This document shows positions 1 through 8,380 of a stretch of DNA of 64,000 nucleotides, in pieces. Within the stretch, counting starts at the first letter, position 1, and every line of letters starts with the position of its first letter. The DNA comes from a virus. Under the pieces are notes generated by a model. It worked only from the letters and a program-made list of their open reading frames with translations. It ran no database searches and had not been told where the DNA came from. The position numbers and the translations under genes are program-made. The stretch covers positions 2,247-66,246 of IMG/VR virus record IMGVR_UViG_3300031823_000008; one strand, given 5' to 3'.

Positions 1-1
1 G

Positions 2-106
2 ATGCCGGCGCGGCCGCTGAAAGAGGATCCAGCCGGCGAGATGACCGCCGAGGATCACGAGGCGCATGACTCTGAAGGCGGACCGGCGGTGAAAACGAAA
101 ACCTAA
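2..106 (+). CDS. 3' end of an upstream hypothetical (head-region) gene, truncated by the window
   Basis: Open frame ...EGGPAVKTKT* whose TAA overlaps the ATG at 106 (TAATG coupling). Confidence 0.4.
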   Translation: MPARPLKEDPAGEMTAEDHEAHDSEGGPAVKTKT

Positions 107-1071
107 TGTTGTTCACAGACGGAGATATCGTCACTTCCGCGAATCTGTCGCAAATTGACAGCGAAGTCTTGTCAGTGGCTTCCACCTCAAAGCCCGCGAT
201 TCAACTGGACGGTCCGGGCTCCCTCTGCGCCCAGGCATGGCAGGAATGCGGTGGAAAGATCGCCTCAGCCATGCAGATGTATACCTCATACCTTGCCAGC
301 CCGGGTATGAGCGGTGGCGGAGTGGCGGCCATCTATAACGTCGGGACGGCGGCACGCAACCAGGTCAGAGCACGGCTCAATCAGGTGGTGGCGACCGAAT
401 CGCAGTACGGACAGACCTCTTCCATGCTGCAGCTCTGGCTTTCGTACACAGCGTTACGGCTGTTCTTCCGCGATGCCAGCGCGCGGATGGGCAAGGACCG
501 CCTCGAAACCAAATACGAGCGCTATTCGGCGGATGCGGACTACGCCTGGCGGCAGTTGCGGCAGAATGGCCTTCCCTATATCGCGAGTCCGATGGAAGCG
601 CCCGGGGCGAAGCACGGCGCCAATGCCGGTAGCTGGTCAATCGCGAATCTTTCGACCGTGGCGGGGACGGGTACCGCTCCCACCGTGGGGGTGGCAATCA
701 CCTATTACGACGCTTCAAAGTATGTCTCTGAGGCGAACACGATGAACGCCGAGAGCGGGCCGTCGGACATTCTGCAGATCGCGATTCCCGCAGCTTCCGT
801 GCTTCAGGTCTCGATTGCCGGCTTGAATCCGCCCAACGGCACGATGGACCAGGTGGGGCTCTCACAGGGTGCGTGGACGCCTCTGAACGCGACTCATTGG
901 ATTCTCTGGGTCGGCCTGGCCGGATCGCCGCTCTATTGGCAGGCGGCAATCCCGATCGCGACGAAGACATACACGCTCGCGGGCGATCCGGTGGCGACGG
1001 GAAACATCCTTGGCCTCGGTCAATGGCCGGACTTGAATCTGACCTTCCAGGCGACGGTGGGGAGGGGATGA
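106..1071 (+). CDS. Virion structural protein, possible head-tail adaptor with a C-terminal beta-rich domain
   Basis: 321 aa; helical N-half, beta-rich C-half; lies between capsid and tail genes. Confidence 0.5.
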   Translation: MLFTDGDIVTSANLSQIDSEVLSVASTSKPAIQLDGPGSLCAQAWQECGGKIASAMQMYTSYLASPGMSGGGVAAIYNVGTAARNQVRARLNQVVATESQYGQTSSMLQLWLSYTALRLFFRDASARMGKDRLETKYERYSADADYAWRQLRQNGLPYIASPMEAPGAKHGANAGSWSIANLSTVAGTGTAPTVGVAITYYDASKYVSEANTMNAESGPSDILQIAIPAASVLQVSIAGLNPPNGTMDQVGLSQGAWTPLNATHWILWVGLAGSPLYWQAAIPIATKTYTLAGDPVATGNILGLGQWPDLNLTFQATVGRG

Positions 1072-1355
1072 ACATGCTTCGCGCGGGACTCGCCCAAGAT
1101 ACTCCCTGGTTTAGCGGGATGCGTTTCATTCTTGCCAGGGCATTGGATCGATGCGCCGACTTTATCCGCCCGACGGCGAGCATGTCCGATATTCGGATGG
1201 GCATGACGCCAAAGCAGGACCGCAAAGTTAGAGCGGCAATTGTTGGAACATTCGGACCCCGCGAACCTATCTGCCTCCCGTTGCGATATGCCATTCCGGT
1301 AAGCGACTTGACGGCAAAGGACATCTCCGAATACCAGGAGTGGGGAGGCCGTTGA
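1068..1355 (+). CDS. Hypothetical protein
   Basis: ATGA overlap with upstream stop, GGAGGGG SD; start is internal to the listed ORF 873..1355. Confidence 0.45.
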   Translation: MNMLRAGLAQDTPWFSGMRFILARALDRCADFIRPTASMSDIRMGMTPKQDRKVRAAIVGTFGPREPICLPLRYAIPVSDLTAKDISEYQEWGGR

Positions 1356-2422
1356 AAACTATGCTATTCTCATTTCGGAGTTCTCGAAGTCGCCTGCGAT
1401 CAGCAGGTAGTCGTACCAGGGCTACCCTCGCAGTTTGTACAGAGTTACTCCTCGCGTTATTCCTGTGCGGGTGCGTCCTGCCCGCTCAGGAGATTAGCGA
1501 CCACTCCGTCGATTCCAAAACCATCCCCTGGCGATTTGCATATCTCGAACCGGGATCCTGTGCCCTCGGCGAAGCCTATCTGAACGTCACGACGGGGCAT
1601 TTGCGATGGTGCTCTTCGCCCAATACCTGGACCGATCTTCTCGGCGGCGGCGCCGGAATCTCCGCATGTTCCACGACCCCTCCCACCGCGGGAACCGCAG
1701 GACAGGTCTGCCTCGATAGCACCAGCACTCTCCAGGCGTGCCATCAGTCGGGCGCATGCTCGGTGAGCGGCGATTGGCACGCGGCCGGGAGTTCGTCTCT
1801 CACCAATTACTCGACGATTGCGGCACTGACCGGGTATCCGGCCTCCTTTACTCCGACTGCCCATGCGGCGAGTCATGCGAGTGGCGGAACCGATGCCGTG
1901 ACGCTGATAGAGTCGCAGGTGACGAACCTACCCTCCGACCTTGCGGCGAAGCAGGCGACGCTGACCAATTATTCGAGCGTCTCGGCATTGACCGGGTATC
2001 CGGCGTCATTCACTCCCACCGCTCACGCGGCATCTCACGCCTCGGGCGGAAGCGATCCCGTCACGCTGCTGGAATCGCAGATCACCAACCTTACGGCAGA
2101 TCTCGCCGCAAGGGCGCTAACGGTGGCCACCGGGACCACTGCTACGAGCGGAGCCGGGTCAATCAGCAATTTGGGATCGATCACGAGCGCCACCTGTCAA
2201 ACCCTGACCATCACTTCAGCCAGCGTTTTGAGCACCGATGTTTTGAGCGCGAGTGCCGTGGGGAACATCGGAGCACTGACTGGGTTCGTTCCAGCGACGA
2301 CGGGTGGATTGACGATAAGCCCCTGGGCAGGCAGCGGAAACGTAAATTTCGAGGTCTGCAACTGGACGGCCAGCGCCATCACTTCGGGGAATGTCCGACT
2401 TAACTGGAGGGTGGCCCGATAA
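1340..2422 (+). CDS. Fibre-like virion protein with HAASHASGGxD repeats and a signal-peptide-like segment (start uncertain)
   Basis: LLLALFLCGCVLPAQ segment; YLNVTTGHLRWC..NTW motif; two 54-aa repeats. Confidence 0.6.
   Translation: MGRPLKTMLFSFRSSRSRLRSAGSRTRATLAVCTELLLALFLCGCVLPAQEISDHSVDSKTIPWRFAYLEPGSCALGEAYLNVTTGHLRWCSSPNTWTDLLGGGAGISACSTTPPTAGTAGQVCLDSTSTLQACHQSGACSVSGDWHAAGSSSLTNYSTIAALTGYPASFTPTAHAASHASGGTDAVTLIESQVTNLPSDLAAKQATLTNYSSVSALTGYPASFTPTAHAASHASGGSDPVTLLESQITNLTADLAARALTVATGTTATSGAGSISNLGSITSATCQTLTITSASVLSTDVLSASAVGNIGALTGFVPATTGGLTISPWAGSGNVNFEVCNWTASAITSGNVRLNWRVAR
1799..2110 (+). repeat. Tandem 162-nt coding repeat (2 copies)
   Basis: LTNYS..ALTGYPASFTPTAHAASHASGG.D.VTL.ESQ.TNL..DLAA begins at 1799 and 1961. 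Confidence 0.9.
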
Positions 2423-2435
2423 ATCGGGAGGGATC

Positions 2436-3281
2436 ATGCCTGACCTCCAGCCCATCATCGCGAGGCACAACGCGGCGCAGGATAGCCTCGTAGCTCATTT
2501 CGAGTCGCACCTCCGCGAGATCACCATGCGCGCGCAAGGGCGCGTGATTGCCCGCCTGCAGGCCGCGCTCTCGATCACCGACGGCGCAATCGATTCAACC
2601 GCCGGCAACATGTTGATCCTCCGGAACTCCGGCAAGATGTTCATGGACGAGATGGACAAGGCTGGCTACCAGCGCCTCGTTGCCGCCTTCGTCGCAGAGT
2701 TCCGAGGCACGCTGCCGTTTCTGCAGGAGACCATCGAAACGCTGGGCGATCAGATCGGCCAGAACTGGGGACCGCAGCTCGGGTTCACGGCGCGGGATCT
2801 ATCTCTTCTCGGAGCGGTGCAGGCAAACACGGTGGCAGCGCTCGAAGGGGCGATGCAGGCTTCCGCCGGCGCGGCGATTACGCGCGGGCTGTTCGGTGTC
2901 GCGGGGCTGAAGTTCGGCTCGCTGGTGGAAACATTGAGCACGCGGTTTGAGATGGGAATCGGGCGGGCGCGGACGGTCGCGGACACCGCGATGTCTGTCT
3001 GGTATGCGACGGCCAGCGATCGCGCGTTTCAGATTATCGCCAAGGATCTTCCGCAACAGGAACTGCGATACCGATATTCAGGTCCTACGGACAAGCTGGA
3101 GCGGCCATTCTGCCGGCATTTGACGGACGTGGCTAAGGCTTACACGCGCGAGCAAATCGGGGGGATGAATAACGGGCAGATCCCCAATGTGATGCTGAGC
3201 CGCGGTGGATTCAACTGCCGGCATCAGTGGAACCTGGACACTAAGGCTCTGGTTCTTCAGATGCCGCGGGCGGTGGCGTGA
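2436..3281 (+). CDS. Head morphogenesis / minor capsid protein (MuF/SPP1 gp7-like)
   Basis: C-terminal YSGP.D...RPFC...RGGFNCRHQW motif; GGGAGG SD before ATG 2436. Confidence 0.7.
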   Translation: MPDLQPIIARHNAAQDSLVAHFESHLREITMRAQGRVIARLQAALSITDGAIDSTAGNMLILRNSGKMFMDEMDKAGYQRLVAAFVAEFRGTLPFLQETIETLGDQIGQNWGPQLGFTARDLSLLGAVQANTVAALEGAMQASAGAAITRGLFGVAGLKFGSLVETLSTRFEMGIGRARTVADTAMSVWYATASDRAFQIIAKDLPQQELRYRYSGPTDKLERPFCRHLTDVAKAYTREQIGGMNNGQIPNVMLSRGGFNCRHQWNLDTKALVLQMPRAVA

Positions 3282-3390
3282 TGACGGTGAGAGGCGTGGG
3301 GATCGTAGGGCGGAGTGGGTCCAGCTTGTATGCCTTGCCCATCAGCCGCACGGTAATGATGGGGCGCGGTAGTTCGATGGGGTCAGGCAC
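3241..3390 (-). CDS. Small Pro-rich protein, third gene of antisense cassette X
   Basis: GTG overlapping the upstream stop; MPDPIELPRPIITVRLMGKAYKLDP... Confidence 0.4.
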   Translation of the reverse strand: MPDPIELPRPIITVRLMGKAYKLDPLRPTIPTPLTVITPPPAASEEPEP

Positions 3391-3529
3391 GCTCTCGCCT
3401 CGCCTTCTGGCGCGCTTTGAGCGTGTGAACCTTCTCCTCAAGAGAGACCAGCCGCATCTCGCGCAACATCTCTTCGATAGCATCAAGCCGCTTGCGGATC
3501 CATTTCTTGTCTTTGTCGGTCAGGCTCAT
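3383..3529 (-). CDS. 48-aa coiled-coil protein (not in the ORF track)
   Basis: AGGAG SD; MSLTDKDKKWIRKRLDAIEEMLREMRLVSLEEKVHTLKARQKARRERA*. Confidence 0.7.
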   Translation of the reverse strand: MSLTDKDKKWIRKRLDAIEEMLREMRLVSLEEKVHTLKARQKARRERA

Positions 3530-3548
3530 GTGGCTCCTGAGAAGTTAC

Positions 3549-3636
3549 CGGAGCTTGCCTACTCCGATTGCTCGGTTTTCCTCCGAGAGGCTCCGTCGAA
3601 TGCGGAGACCGCGTTGCGGCGAGGCACGCGGCGGAG
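3549..3636 (-). ncRNA. Conserved four-hairpin intergenic RNA motif, copy X
   Basis: Homologous in sequence and stem layout to 46559..46652 (+). Confidence 0.65.
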
Positions 3637-3642
3637 ACTAAC

Positions 3643-3960
3643 TCAGTTTCTCGATTTCCCGTTGCTGTGCTCAGCGGTAATGGCGCGAATCAGCCCGTCG
3701 AGGTTTTCCTCCAGCCGCTTCATGCGGGCGTCGGACGAATCGACGTATTTCGAAATCGACTCGGTCAAGGTCGCCATGGATCGCTGGCCCACTTCCTGGG
3801 CCTCGATGACGCGGGCCATTGCGTGGTTGTGCTTCGCCTGCCATGCATCACTGGCTGCGGCGGATTCCTTGCGCCAGGCGGCATTTTCTGCAGCGGAGGC
3901 GCGCTGGATTTCGGTGATGGCCAATAAATTGGCCTCGATGCGGTCGAGTCTTTCGGTCAA
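3643..3960 (-). CDS. Small coiled-coil protein, first gene of cassette X
   Basis: TTG start after hairpin + AGGAG; heptad pattern ending RLEENLDGLIRAITAEHSNGK. Confidence 0.75.
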   Translation of the reverse strand: MTERLDRIEANLLAITEIQRASAAENAAWRKESAAASDAWQAKHNHAMARVIEAQEVGQRSMATLTESISKYVDSSDARMKRLEENLDGLIRAITAEHSNGKSRN

Positions 3961-4035
3961 GTTGTTACTCTCCTGTGCGGTTGAATGTCCGCACTCCTTC
4001 TATTCTAGCTCGCGCGCATTGGGAAAGGTGGCAAT

Positions 4036-4302
4036 TTGAGGCCGATTTCCCCAGTTATTCCGGGCTGGAAGGAACCGCTAACACGGGCCGTCTTCGCTGA
4101 ACACCAGCCTGAATATATCGCCCTTCCCGCTGTCCTCTTGCCGGATGGAACGGTCATCACGCGCTGGCGTTTGACCTGGGCGGAGTGCTTCCGACTTTTA
4201 CGCACTCGTCAGCTCTGGTTAACGATACTGACGTTCAACCACCCGCTGCAGCCCGTCAAGCTCGACACAATTTGCCCAACGCCCGGGGTCAATCATGGCT
4301 GA
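4036..4302 (+). CDS. Conserved phage hypothetical protein
   Basis: FAEHQPEYIALPA...ITRWRLTW...TFNHPLQPV; overlaps next gene. Confidence 0.65.
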   Translation: MRPISPVIPGWKEPLTRAVFAEHQPEYIALPAVLLPDGTVITRWRLTWAECFRLLRTRQLWLTILTFNHPLQPVKLDTICPTPGVNHG

Positions 4303-4975
4303 TTTCGCCACATTCCTGGGTCCCCACGGCGCGCCGGCCCCGGCCGCGATCCGCGCCACCGTCGCCGCTATCGGCACCATCACCGTGGGCGATCTGCTGT
4401 ATGTCGGCCAGGGCTACAAGTCGCGGATTCGCGAGCGCACCTTCGCCGGGATCGACGTCAACGGCGCGCCCTTTGCACCGTACTCGGAGCGCGGCCCCTT
4501 TTACCTGTACGTGAACCAGGACGCAACCACGGGCCGCGCAGCGCGTGCGGTGGCCTCGGCAAATCGTCATGCCAAGACAGGACGCATCGGGATCCGGACG
4601 CCGACGGGCATCAAGTATGAAAGCTATGCGGCAGCAAAGAGCGCGCATGGGTCAGGAGTCAATCTCTATGGAATGGAGCAGCATCCCCACATGCTGGATT
4701 TGATTACGGTGCGAGCCGGTGGATCCGAGATCTCGGGAACGACCGGCGCTTTCGATTTTGGCAGTGAATTCGAAGCGTTCAGCGGCAATCAGCCCTGCAG
4801 CAACTTGACGCTCGGATTCTACGGCGATGAAGCGCTGCGCGCCGAGGGCAACAACGAAGGTACGGGCAAGGGCGGCGTGAAACGCGAGTTCTTCGCGCTG
4901 AGTGCGGCGGATCTGACGTGGGGCGAAAAGGCGATCGCGGAGCGTCTGGTGATTCGCGCGAGGGCGGCGGCATGA
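4295..4975 (+). CDS. Neck / tail-completion (virion morphogenesis) protein
   Basis: IRERTFAGIDVNGAPFAPYS and terminal REFFAL motifs; position. Confidence 0.65.
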   Translation: MADFATFLGPHGAPAPAAIRATVAAIGTITVGDLLYVGQGYKSRIRERTFAGIDVNGAPFAPYSERGPFYLYVNQDATTGRAARAVASANRHAKTGRIGIRTPTGIKYESYAAAKSAHGSGVNLYGMEQHPHMLDLITVRAGGSEISGTTGAFDFGSEFEAFSGNQPCSNLTLGFYGDEALRAEGNNEGTGKGGVKREFFALSAADLTWGEKAIAERLVIRARAAA

Positions 4976-5241
4976 GCCAATTCCTCGATCTCAGCGAGCG
5001 CGAAAAGCAGATTCTGTGGGACCTGTTCCTCGGGTTCAGCATGCCGGAAATCGCCGCCCGTCGAGGCCTCACGCGGTGCTCGCTCGCTGCAAGGTTCAGC
5101 CGGACCTCCGCGCGGGAAGGCTGCAGGAACACGCAGTGCCTGCTGGTGCGATTCATCCAGGAGTATCTCGGCGTGGGCGAACCGTTCCCGGCGATCGCTG
5201 AGCCCTACGATCCTGTCATCGCGAGAGGGGCGGCCGCGTGA
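4972..5241 (+). CDS. LuxR/sigma4-type helix-turn-helix protein
   Basis: LSEREKQILWDLFLGFSMPEIAARRGLT. Confidence 0.65.
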   Translation: MSQFLDLSEREKQILWDLFLGFSMPEIAARRGLTRCSLAARFSRTSAREGCRNTQCLLVRFIQEYLGVGEPFPAIAEPYDPVIARGAAA

Positions 5242-5765
5242 TCTCAAAGACCATCCGCGATGCCATTCTCGCGCAGTTGTCGGCCCCTGGAAGCGGCATC
5301 AATGACCGGATGCTGTTGCTGGCGGCGAACTACGGGCAGGACGCCTACGCGATCGATTGGTCGGATGCCAGCCCGAATTTCCTGTTCGGTCGGATCGATC
5401 CGGATTCGATCGAAGAGTCGAGCGTCCTTACCTATCCCCTCGTGACCATCGATACCGGCGCAGCGGTGGGGCAGGACATCATTTACGACTCGACCTTCTC
5501 GGGTTCGGTGATGGCTCTGATAGACATCCACCATAGCTGGCCGAATGAATCGGTGCTGTCGGACTTCGCCTCCCTGGTCGACATGACCGAAGATGCCGTG
5601 ATTTCCTGCCTTCACGATCCCAACCAGCAAAACATCTGGAGCAGCTTTGGGAACCTCCTTCTTGCCAAGGGCGGCATCACTTCGCAGCGGGGCAGGATTA
5701 CATTCGGCGGCGAGAATTGGCGGCAGAGTTTGCGGATTTCGTGCCGCATGGAGTTGACGGTTTGA
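5238..5765 (+). CDS. Probable tail terminator
   Basis: 175 aa, IRDAILAQL start, YPLVTI motif, just upstream of the tube gene. Confidence 0.55.
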   Translation: MISKTIRDAILAQLSAPGSGINDRMLLLAANYGQDAYAIDWSDASPNFLFGRIDPDSIEESSVLTYPLVTIDTGAAVGQDIIYDSTFSGSVMALIDIHHSWPNESVLSDFASLVDMTEDAVISCLHDPNQQNIWSSFGNLLLAKGGITSQRGRITFGGENWRQSLRISCRMELTV

Positions 5766-5775
5766 GAGGAATTCT

Positions 5776-6093
5776 ATGCTTTACGTGAACGTTGGCGGAC
5801 CGTTTGAAATCACGGATACGCCCCACAAGATCGAGACCTGGGGGCAGCCTGTCGAGATCCCCGAAGATCTGGCGCGAGGCGCGATCGCAGACGGAGCGCA
5901 CCTGCTGCCGAAAGATCATTTCGACCGCATGGGCTTCTCGGCCGAAGAACTGAAGCTCACCAATGCGCGCCTGCAGGCCAATGCGCCCGCTTCATTCCAT
6001 CAGAAACATGCAGCCGCGATTCAGGCGGCGCGGCAATATCGCGAGACGCTCAAAGCCGAGACGTCCACCGAAGCTATCGAGAGTAAGGAGTAA
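5776..6093 (+). CDS. Hypothetical protein
   Basis: GAGG SD, in operon. Confidence 0.6.
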   Translation: MLYVNVGGPFEITDTPHKIETWGQPVEIPEDLARGAIADGAHLLPKDHFDRMGFSAEELKLTNARLQANAPASFHQKHAAAIQAARQYRETLKAETSTEAIESKE

Positions 6094-6096
6094 TTC

Positions 6097-7128
6097 ATGT
6101 CGCAGTTTACGTCTCCTTTTGTTGAGCGGCTGGTCATCGCGCCGCAGACCTCTTTCGCCCTCGTACCGAATAGCGCCGGCGTGTGGACCAGCACCGGCGC
6201 GAAGCTCTTGCGCGCGGGATCCGGCTGCAAGATCAAGGCGGATCCGACGCTGATTACCAACCCGATGAAGACGGGCACCCGCTCCATGCAGCCTGGCGTC
6301 GCGGGGCGAAAAAGCAACAATACCTTCTCGCTTCCCAACGTGCCCATCGTGCCCTCGGGAACGGGAGGCACGCCCCCTGACATGGATATTCTCATCCAGT
6401 CCATCTTCGGCCAGGCGCCAACCGGCAGCGCGTATACGTTGCTCGACACCGGGATTGTGCCTTTTATCCTGGCGCGCTTCCAGCATCTGGCGACCACGCT
6501 TTCCCAGCAGTTCGCTATCGGTTGTATCACGACGGACTGGTCGATCCTATTCAATGGCGACGTCTTCAGCATCTCGGCGAATGGGAAGTGCTTCTGGGTC
6601 TTGGACTCGGAGAACTTCGCCAATGAAGACACGACGGGCGCGGGCGGCTTGACCGCATTCCCGCTGGAACTGGTATCGCCCACGTCTCTCGGCACCTTGC
6701 GGCAAGGATTCATCGGTACGGCGACGTTCGACGGTAACGGCGTGGACTCGACCACTTTCCCGCTTCTGAAATGCGAGATCAAGGGAAAGACCGGCAACGA
6801 TTACACGCTCGATGCTTATGGCACGTCCTACGGCGCGCTCCCGTCCGGCGGCCGGCGCATGGCGAGCCTCAGCTTTACCTTCCAGGATTGCGACACGGCA
6901 GCGCTGAACAATCTCAAGGTCAAGGCGAAGGCAAAAACGCCCATGACCATCACGTTGGTAAACGGCACGCTCACGGGGAACATCACCACGGTCGCGATCA
7001 AGGGCGTGCAGCTTGCGGTGCCGGAGTACTCGGACGAAGCAGCGCGCGTCGTTACGGCGTTCGGCGACTCACAGGCCAGCGCTTCGACAGCAACAGCGGT
7101 GGACGAATTTACGATGACTTTCAGCTAG
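6097..7128 (+). CDS. Major tail tube protein
   Basis: 343 aa beta-rich, ends DEFTMTFS; strong AAGGAG SD; upstream of chaperone and tape measure. Confidence 0.75.
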   Translation: MSQFTSPFVERLVIAPQTSFALVPNSAGVWTSTGAKLLRAGSGCKIKADPTLITNPMKTGTRSMQPGVAGRKSNNTFSLPNVPIVPSGTGGTPPDMDILIQSIFGQAPTGSAYTLLDTGIVPFILARFQHLATTLSQQFAIGCITTDWSILFNGDVFSISANGKCFWVLDSENFANEDTTGAGGLTAFPLELVSPTSLGTLRQGFIGTATFDGNGVDSTTFPLLKCEIKGKTGNDYTLDAYGTSYGALPSGGRRMASLSFTFQDCDTAALNNLKVKAKAKTPMTITLVNGTLTGNITTVAIKGVQLAVPEYSDEAARVVTAFGDSQASASTATAVDEFTMTFS

Positions 7129-7139
7129 GAGGTTTTCAG

Positions 7140-7373
7140 ATGATTCCGGTAGTCACACAGGCGGATGGTCCGGCGCTTGTGGAGCGTGGGTTGAAGATGG
7201 CCAAAAAAAGAAACCCGGTTTACCTCGAAAAGCAGGCGGGTCCCTTCGAGGTCCAAACCACCGAGGGCGTACTCACCGGAAAGCCGGGCGACTTTCTCGC
7301 TTACGATCCGATCAGCGGGCACGTATGGCCCGTCGCGGCGAGCTATGTAGCGATTCATTATGAGGACTTTTAA
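7140..7373 (+). CDS. PGDYG-like small protein, candidate nucleotide sponge
   Basis: AGGAGG SD; QTTEGVLTGKPGDFLAYD...WPV....Y matches the TxEG...GD...P...Y phage family. Confidence 0.6.
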   Translation: MIPVVTQADGPALVERGLKMAKKRNPVYLEKQAGPFEVQTTEGVLTGKPGDFLAYDPISGHVWPVAASYVAIHYEDF

Positions 7374-7376
7374 AGC

Positions 7377-7631
7377 ATGCCGGTAGACATCAATCGAGCG
7401 GCAGGCGTAACGCCTGAAGTGTCGGCGACCGTCGACGACATGTTCGAGTACCACCCATGGACCGAGCCCCAGGTCGCTGCGGGTAAGGCCGTCCGCGAAG
7501 CCCTCCGCAATGCCGTCAAAGTCATCATCGATAACGTCCCTCCGTCGCCGGATCGCACCGTCGCGATTCGAAAGCTGAGAGATGCGCGGGCCGACTGTAA
7601 TAGCGCCATCACCCACGGAGGAAAGTACTAG
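7377..7631 (+). CDS. Acb2/Tad1-like helical hairpin protein, putative cyclic-nucleotide sponge
   Basis: FEYH....Q......VR..........VPPSPDRTVAIRKLRDA....NSAI pattern. Confidence 0.7.
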   Translation: MPVDINRAAGVTPEVSATVDDMFEYHPWTEPQVAAGKAVREALRNAVKVIIDNVPPSPDRTVAIRKLRDARADCNSAITHGGKY

Positions 7632-7635
7632 CGCC

Positions 7636-8376
7636 ATGCGTTTGAACCTAGTAAAGACAGGGGTTTCAGCGCAGACTGGAGTTATGGGACGCCCATTTAT
7701 TCCAAGATCCGATTGTCTGTCATGCGGCGCGAAAGTTAAGCGCTTCGGTAAGAAGTTTTGCTCCCGAATATGCGCCGCAAAATTTCGGGTGCAACCGATA
7801 TTGGAGCGGCGCGAGCACCGTGAATGCCTGGTATGCCATCGCATGTTTTCCGAAAAACCTGCGCTCATGGAGCGCGGCAGAAAATATTGCTCTAAAGCAT
7901 GCCATGACAAATCACAGGAAAAGCACCACGATTTTGTGTGCTCGAAATGCAAGATCCCTAAGACGGCCCTCGATTTCTATGTGGACAGGACCAAGGCGCG
8001 GGGGCATGTCGCGCGGTGCAAACAATGCTATTCGGAGACCAGCAGTAAGGTTTTGGCATTTAAGCCATACCGACGTGAAGCATCGCTTCAGGCGGGAGCT
8101 GTCAGACGAGGGCTCGCCTATGAACTAACGCGCGAGCAGTTCATGACGTTCTGGCAAAAGCCCTGCACGTATTGCGGTGATGCCATCCCGACAGTGGGGC
8201 TCGATCGCGTTGAGAACGATAAGGGATATACGCTCGACAACCTTGTTTCGTGCTGCGCGGTTTGCAACTCCATGAAATCGAGCATGACCATGGCACAGTT
8301 TCTTGCGCGGTGCGGTCGGATAGCCGCAAGAACGTCGGATTGCAACTCGGCAATTACGCATGGAGGGAAGTACTGA
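7636..8376 (+). CDS. Free-standing HNH (His-Cys) endonuclease with N-terminal Zn-finger repeats
   Basis: CTYCG...GLDRVENDKGYTLDNLVSCCAVCNSMKS; FCSRIC and YCSKAC repeats. Confidence 0.85.
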   Translation: MRLNLVKTGVSAQTGVMGRPFIPRSDCLSCGAKVKRFGKKFCSRICAAKFRVQPILERREHRECLVCHRMFSEKPALMERGRKYCSKACHDKSQEKHHDFVCSKCKIPKTALDFYVDRTKARGHVARCKQCYSETSSKVLAFKPYRREASLQAGAVRRGLAYELTREQFMTFWQKPCTYCGDAIPTVGLDRVENDKGYTLDNLVSCCAVCNSMKSSMTMAQFLARCGRIAARTSDCNSAITHGGKY

Positions 8377-8380
8377 CGGC

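Noticed and set aside
3278-4039. Long plus-strand ORF (253 aa) and similar shadow ORFs such as 17426..18001, 37790..38869, 61138..62766
   Set aside because: Antisense shadows of better-supported genes in high-GC DNA.
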